Positions 57,623-64,000 of a stretch of 64,000 nt of DNA are shown here, piece by piece. This DNA is from Macrostomum hystrix. Its lineage: Eukaryota; Animalia; Platyhelminthes. The notes under the pieces were generated by a model. That model was not told the DNA's origin. It ran no database searches and saw only the letters and a program-made list of their open reading frames with translations. Positions within the stretch are counted from its first letter, which is position 1. Each line of letters begins with the position of its first letter. The stretch covers positions 682,001-746,000 of the forward strand of contig CATNEN010000028.1 of assembly GCA_950097015.1 (NCBI GenBank). The letters are read 5' to 3'. A program made the translations under genes and the position numbers.

Positions 57623-58156
57623 CTAGCATTCCCCTTCGGCTGAAGCATATAAATTTCAAAACGCAGCTGCCTTGCTTAACATTTTCTTTGTCGCCACTTC
57701 CGGGACTCGATTCTGATGACGGAGAGAAAATTGAGCAAAACATTGAGTCTGTGCCCCCTTTCGATAAAATCCCAAACACTGCTCAACCAGTCGGCCGTGC
57801 GCGCATTGTTTTGCTGGCAGAAATTTTTCATCTTGCTTCCGGAAGCGCAGACAATGCGCCAGAATAGACTTGACTCAGGAATCCGCTGAGTAAGCCCTCC
57901 AGAACCACCGCACACCGGGCTGGTCTATTGTTTAAAAAATTGTTGCTATATTTTTCTGTTTGAAAGCATTCCAATGCAATTGATTGCCAAGGCTACACAA
58001 GTAATGGATTGGAAAGCATTGCCAAATTCCTGTGTACTGGCATTGACTTCCAAGCCGGCACGAATAGGAACTAGACAATGACATTAATGCGAACCCTCAG
58101 CCTTTGTTAAACTATTGTGTTGTTGCTTACAAAAGAGCGAGCCAGGATTTAACAAA

Positions 58157-60197
58157 GATTCCATAAATCCCAGATTCCATGAATCCCAGATTCCATGAAT
58201 CCCAGATTCCATTAATCCATAATTCCATTAATCCATAATTCCATGAATCCCAGATTCCATGAATCCCAGATTCCATGAATCCCAGATTCCACGAATCCCA
58301 GATTCCACGAATCCCAGATTCCATGAATTCCAGATTCCATGAATCCCAGATTCCATGAATCCCAGATTCCATGAATCCCAGATTCCATGAATCCCAGATT
58401 CCATTAATCCATCATTCCATGAATCCCAGATTCCATGAATCCCAGATTCCATGAATCCCAGATTCCATGAATCCCAGATTCCATGAATCCCAGATTCCAC
58501 GAATCCCAGATTCCATGAATCCCAGATTCCATGAATTCCAGATTCCATGAATTCCAGATTCCATGAATCCCAGATTCCATGAATCCCAGATTCCATGAAT
58601 CCCAGATTCCATGAATCCCAGATTCCATTAATCCATCATTCCATGAATCCCAGATTCCATGAATCCCAGATTCCACGAATCCCAGATTCCATGAATCCCA
58701 GATTCCATGAATCCCAGATTCCATTAATCCCAGATTCCATGAATCCCAGATTCCATTAATCCATCATTCCATGAATCCCAGATTCCATGAATCCTAGATT
58801 CCATGAATCCCAGATTCCATGAATCCCAGATTCCATGAATTCCAGATTCCATGAATTCCAGATTCCATGAACTCCAGATTCCATGAATCCCAGATTCCAT
58901 GAATCCCAGATTCCACGAATCCCAGATTCCATGAATCCCAGATTCCACGAATCCCAGATTCCACGAATCCCAGATTCCACGAATCCCAGATTCCACGAAT
59001 CCCAGATTCCATGAATCCCAGATTCCATGAATCCCAGATTCCACGCATCCCAGATTCCATGAATCCCAGATTCCACGAATCCCAGATTTCATGAATCCCA
59101 GATTCCATGAATCCCAGATTCCATGAATCCCAGATTCCACGCATCCCAGATTCCATGAATCCCAGATTCCACGAATCCCAGATTCCATGAATCCCAGATT
59201 CCACGCATCCCAGATTCCATGAATCCCAGATTCCATGAATCCCAGATTCCATGAATCCCAGATTCCATGAATCCCAGATTCCATGAATCCCAGATTCCAT
59301 GAATCCCAGATTCCACGAATCCCAGATTCCATGAATCCCAGATTCCATGAATCCCAGATTCCACGCATCCCAGATTCCATGAATCCCAGATTCCATGAAT
59401 CCCAGATTCCACGAATCCCAGATTCCACGAATCCCAGATTCCACGAATCCCAGATTCCATGAATCCCAGATTCCATGAATCCCAGATTCCACGCATCCCA
59501 GATTCCATGAATCCCAGATTCCACGAATCCCAGATTCCATGAATCCCAGATTCCATGAATCCCAGATTCCATGAATCCCAGATTCCACGCATCCCAGATT
59601 CCATGAATCCCAGATTTCACGAATCCCAGATTCCATGAATCCCAGATTCCACGCATCCCAGATTCCATGAATCCCAGATTCCATGAATCCCAGATTCCAT
59701 GAATCCCAGATTCCATGAATCCCAGATTCCATGAATCCCAGATTCCACGAATCCCAGATTCCATGAATCCCAGATTCCATGAATCCCAGATTCCACGCAT
59801 CCCAGATTCCATGAATCCCAGATTCCATGAATCCCAGATTCCATGAATCCCAGATTCCATGAATCCCAGATTCCACGAATCCCAGATTCCATGAATCCCA
59901 GATTCCATGAGTCCCAGATTCCACGAATCCCAGATTCCATGAATCCCAGATTCCATGAATCCCAGATTCCATGAATCCCAGATTCCATGAATCCCAGATT
60001 CCATGAATCCCAGATTCCATGAATCCCAGATTCCACGAATCCCAGATTCCATGAATCCCAGATTCCATGAATCCCAGATTCCATGAATCCCAGATTCCAT
60101 GAATCCCAGATTCCATGAATCCCAGATTCCATGAATCCCAGATTCCATGAATCCCAGATTCCATGAATCCCAGATTCCATGAATCCCAGATTCCATG
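58157..60197. repeat. 16-bp satellite (gaatcccagattccat), about 127 copies
   Basis: Tandem periodicity. Explains the MESGIHGIWDSWNLGF pseudo-ORFs. Confidence 0.97.
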
Positions 60198-60711
60198 ACC
60201 TGCAGATTCTATGCCTTTCGGTGTCTCCTGAGGCCCTTGTTGGAAACTCAATATCCTTGCTGTATTAAAAAACATACAATATCGTTTCAATTGCAGTTTC
60301 TATGTATTCTAGTCAAATAAGGAAGGCCCTGCAGTCATAGCTAGTTTTGACTTTAAAGTTAACTCGACAAGGTGCGTGTTTGCGAGCAATCGAGCATAGC
60401 GCTGACCAGCGGATAATGAGAATGGGGCTGAACTGAATGTTCTCACTGTCTGCTTGAATTATTTCACTCCAAGACTGCGGCTCAAATATTGAATAAATGA
60501 TGTGACTGTGCACATACTCGGATTAACAGCATGCACTCATTTGAGTATACTGCACTCAGTCTCCCATTGCCTTAATCTTTGCGTCTCCATGCGTAAATCT
60601 TTACCTAAGTGCTTACGACATGCCCAGTTGATAATGGCCATAGCACAAAATTTTCCACACGAAAATCAAATGGATGCTATTCTAAAATATTCATAAGGAA
60701 CATGAATATTC

Positions 60712-63415
60712 CACTGTCTCTATCCACCTCTCTCCACTGCCTCTATCCACCTCTCTTCACTGTCTCTATCCACCTCACTCCACTGCATCTATCCACCTCT
60801 CTCCACTGCCTCTATCCACCTCTCACCACTGTCTCTATCCACCTCTCTCCACTGCCTATATCCACCTCTCTTCACTGTCTCTATCCACCTCTCTCCACTG
60901 CCTATATCCACCTCTCTTCACTGTCTCTATCCACCTCTCTTCACTGTCTCTATCCACCTCTCTCCACTGCCTCTATCCACCTCTCTCCACTGCCTCTATC
61001 CACCTCTCACCACTGGCTCTATCCACCTCTCTCCACTGCCTCTATCCACCTCTCTCCACTGCCTCTATCCACATCTCTCCAATGCCTCTATCCACCTCTC
61101 TCCACTGCCTATATCCACCTCTCTCCAATCCCTCTATCCACCTCTCACCACTGTCTCTATCCACCTCTCTCCACTGCCTCTATCCACCTCTCTCCACTGC
61201 CTCTATCCACCTCTCTCCACTGCCTCTATCCACCTCTCTCCACTGCCTATATCCACCTCTCTTCACTGTCTCTATCCACCTCTCTTCACTGTCTCTATCC
61301 ACCTCTCTCCACTGCCTCTATCCACCTCTCTCCACTGCCTCTATCCACCTCTCTCCACTGCCTCTATCCACCTCTCTCCACTGCACTGCCTCTATCCACC
61401 CCTCTTCACTGTCTCTATCCACCTCTCTCCACTGCCTCTATCCACCTCTCTCCAATGCCTCTATCCACCTCTCTCCACTGCCTCTATCCACCTCTCTCCA
61501 CTGCCTCTATCCACCTCTCTCCAATCCCTCTATCAACCTCTCACCACTGCCTCTATCCACCTCTCTTCACTGTCTCTATCCACCTCTCTCCACTGTCTCT
61601 ATCCACCTCTCTCCACTGCCTCTATCCACCTCTCTCCACTGTCTCTATCCACCTCTCTCCACTGCCTCTATCCACCTCTCTCCACTGGCTCTATTCACCT
61701 CTCTCCAATCCCTCTATCCACCTCTCACCACTGTCTCTATCCACCTCTCTCCACTGCCTCTATCCACCTCTCTCCACTGCCTCTATCCACCTCTCTCCAA
61801 TCCCTCTATCAACCTCTCACCACTGCCTCTATCCACCTCTCTTCACTGTCTCTATCCACCTCTCTCCACTGCCTCTATCCACCTCTCTCCACTGCCTCTA
61901 TCCACCTCTCTCCACTGCCTCTATCCACCTCTCTCCACTGTCTCTATCCACCTCTCACCACTGCCTCTATCCACCTCTCTCCAATGCCTCTATCCACCTC
62001 TCTCCACTGCCTCTATCCACCTCTCTCCACTGCCTCTATCCACCTCTCTCCAATCCCTCTATCAACCTCTCACCACTGCCTCTATCCACCTCTCTTCACT
62101 GTCTCTATCCACCTCTCTCCACTGTCTCTATCCACCTCTCTCCACTGCCTCTATCCACCTCTCTCCACTGTCTCTATCCACCTCTCTCCACTGCCTCTAT
62201 CCACCTCTCTCCACTGGCTCTATTCACCTCTCTCCACTGTCTCTATCCACCTCTCTTCACTGTCTCTATCCACCTCTCTCCACTGTCTCTATCCACCTCT
62301 CTTCACTGTCTCTATCCACCTCTCTCCACTGTCTCTATCCACCTCTCTTCACTGTCTCTATTCACCTCTCTCCACTGCCTCTATCCACCTCTCTCCACTG
62401 TCTCTATCCACCTCTCACCACTGCCTCTATCCACCTCTCTCCACTGTCTCTATCCACCTCTCTCCACTGTCTCTATCCACCTCTCTCCACTGTCTCTATC
62501 CACCTCTCTCCACTGTCTCTATCCACCTCTCTCCACTGTCTCTATCCACCTCTCTCCACTGGCTCTATTCACCTCTCTCCAATCCCTCTATCCACCTCTC
62601 ACCACTGTCTCTATCCACCTCTCTCCACTGTCTCTATCCACCTCTCTCCACTGCCTCTATCCACCTCTCTCCAATCCCTCTATCCACCTCTCACCACTGC
62701 CTCTATCCACCTCTGTTCACTGCCTCTATCCACCTCTCTCCAATCCCTCTATCCACCTCTCACCACTGCCTCTATCCACCTCTGTTCACTGGCTCTATCC
62801 ACCTCTCTTCACTGTCTCTATCCACCTCTCTCCACTGTCTCTATCCACCTCTCTCCACTGTCTCTATCCACCTCTCTTCACTGTCTCTATCCACCTCTCT
62901 CCACTGTCTCTATCCACCTCTCTTCACTGTCTCTATCCACCTCTCTCCACTGTCTCTATCCACCTCTCTCCACTGTCTCTATCCACCTCTCTCCACTGCC
63001 TCTATCCACCTCTCTCCACTGGCTCTATTCACCTCTCTCCAATCCCTCTATCCACCTCTCACCACTGTCTCTATCCACCTCTCTCCACTGTCTCTATCCA
63101 CCTCTCTCCACTGCCTCTATCCACCTCTCTCCAATCCCTCTATCCACCTCTCACCACTGCCTCTATCCACCTCTGTCCACTGTCTCTATCCACCTCTCTT
63201 CACTGTCTCTATCCACCTCTCTCCACTGTCTCTATCCACCTCTCTCCACTGTCTCTATCCACCTCTCTTCACTGTCTCTATCCACCTCTCTCCACTGTCT
63301 CTATCCACCTCTCTTCACTGTCTCTATCCACCTCTCTCCACTGTCTCTATCCACCTCTCTCCACTGTCTCTATCCACCTCTCTCCACTGCCTCTTTCTAC
63401 CTCTCTCCACTGCTG
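60712..63415. repeat. 23-bp C/T-rich satellite (tatccacctctctccactgcctc), about 117 copies
   Basis: tatcc recurs every 23 bp. Explains the 940-aa pseudo-ORF. Confidence 0.97.
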
Positions 63416-63724
63416 CTATCTACTTCTCTAACAGCTTGTCCTGAATCTGGTCTTCAGTTGCACTGTGGGTGAGGACAAAATCCATAAACTGGATGGTCTA
63501 ACTGGTTCCTCTGGGTCATTGGGTCATTCTTTAATTTAGATACGAACTGATCTTCCCGTTTCCTAAATCCCAAATTAATTACATGAGTTATGCCCAAATA
63601 GGCCCGAATTGACATGCCTGAGTTGCTCTGAGCATAATGTACGTATTTAGCAGTGTGGATCGAATATTTGCGTGGCTTGTACAGAAAATGCTAATAATAT
63701 AGTTTTCGGAAATGGGCAAAACCA

Positions 63725-64000
63725 ATTAGTCAGTTAGTTAGTTAGTTAGTTATTCAGTTAGTTGGTTATTTAGTTATTTAGTTAGTTAGTTAGTTGGTTA
63801 GTTAGTTAGTTAGTTGGTTAGTAAGTTAGTTAGTTGGTTAGTTGGTTATTTAGTTATTTAGTTATTTAGTTAGTTGGTTAGTTAGTTAGTTAGTTGGTTA
63901 TTTAGTTATTTAGTTATTTAGTTAGTTGGTTAGTTAGTTAGTTAGTTGGTTAGTAAGTTAGTTAGTTGGTTAGTTGGTTATTTAGTTATTTAGTTATTTA
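63725..64000. repeat. (TTAG/TTGG/TTAT)n tetranucleotide microsatellite, runs off the window edge
   Basis: Simple repeat. Confidence 0.93.

Noticed and set aside
58127-60290. MESGIHGIWDSWNLGF repeat proteins
   Set aside because: A 16-bp satellite; the same peptide appears in all three minus frames.
60609-63472. 940-, 796- and 486-aa ORFs
   Set aside because: A 23-bp pyrimidine-rich satellite lacking stop codons in several frames.
63725-64000. Telomeric repeat
   Set aside because: Units are TTAG/TTGG/TTAT tetramers, not TTAGGG or TTAGG.

Overview
Eukaryotic (animal) genomic DNA. It has GC-rich spliced exons with GT-AG introns, and roughly 30 kb (my hand tally, about 45%) lies in some 40 different micro/minisatellite arrays. 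This style suggests a free-living flatworm such as Macrostomum (inference only). Most long ORFs in the supplied track are artefacts of tandem repeats. Spliced models I could build by hand: a ZNRF3/RNF43-like PA-TM-RING-H2 E3 ligase (minus, 5 exons), a C22orf15-like small protein (minus, 4 exons), an unannotated secreted Cys-rich prepropeptide (plus), MESD (minus), HtrA2/Omi-like protease (minus), a single-pass membrane protein (plus), gamma-butyrobetaine dioxygenase BBOX1 (minus, 7 exons), an intronless class A GPCR (plus), and the 3' end of an unidentified gene at the left edge. Mobile DNA: a 5'-truncated Penelope-like element with GIY-YIG endonuclease and a minimal hammerhead ribozyme, two tRNA-derived SINE families (one CORE-like) and a small TIR element. 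Most notable: the CC-CC peptide precursor, the hammerhead with a competing hairpin, and minisatellites that visibly grew out of a splice donor and out of a SINE.
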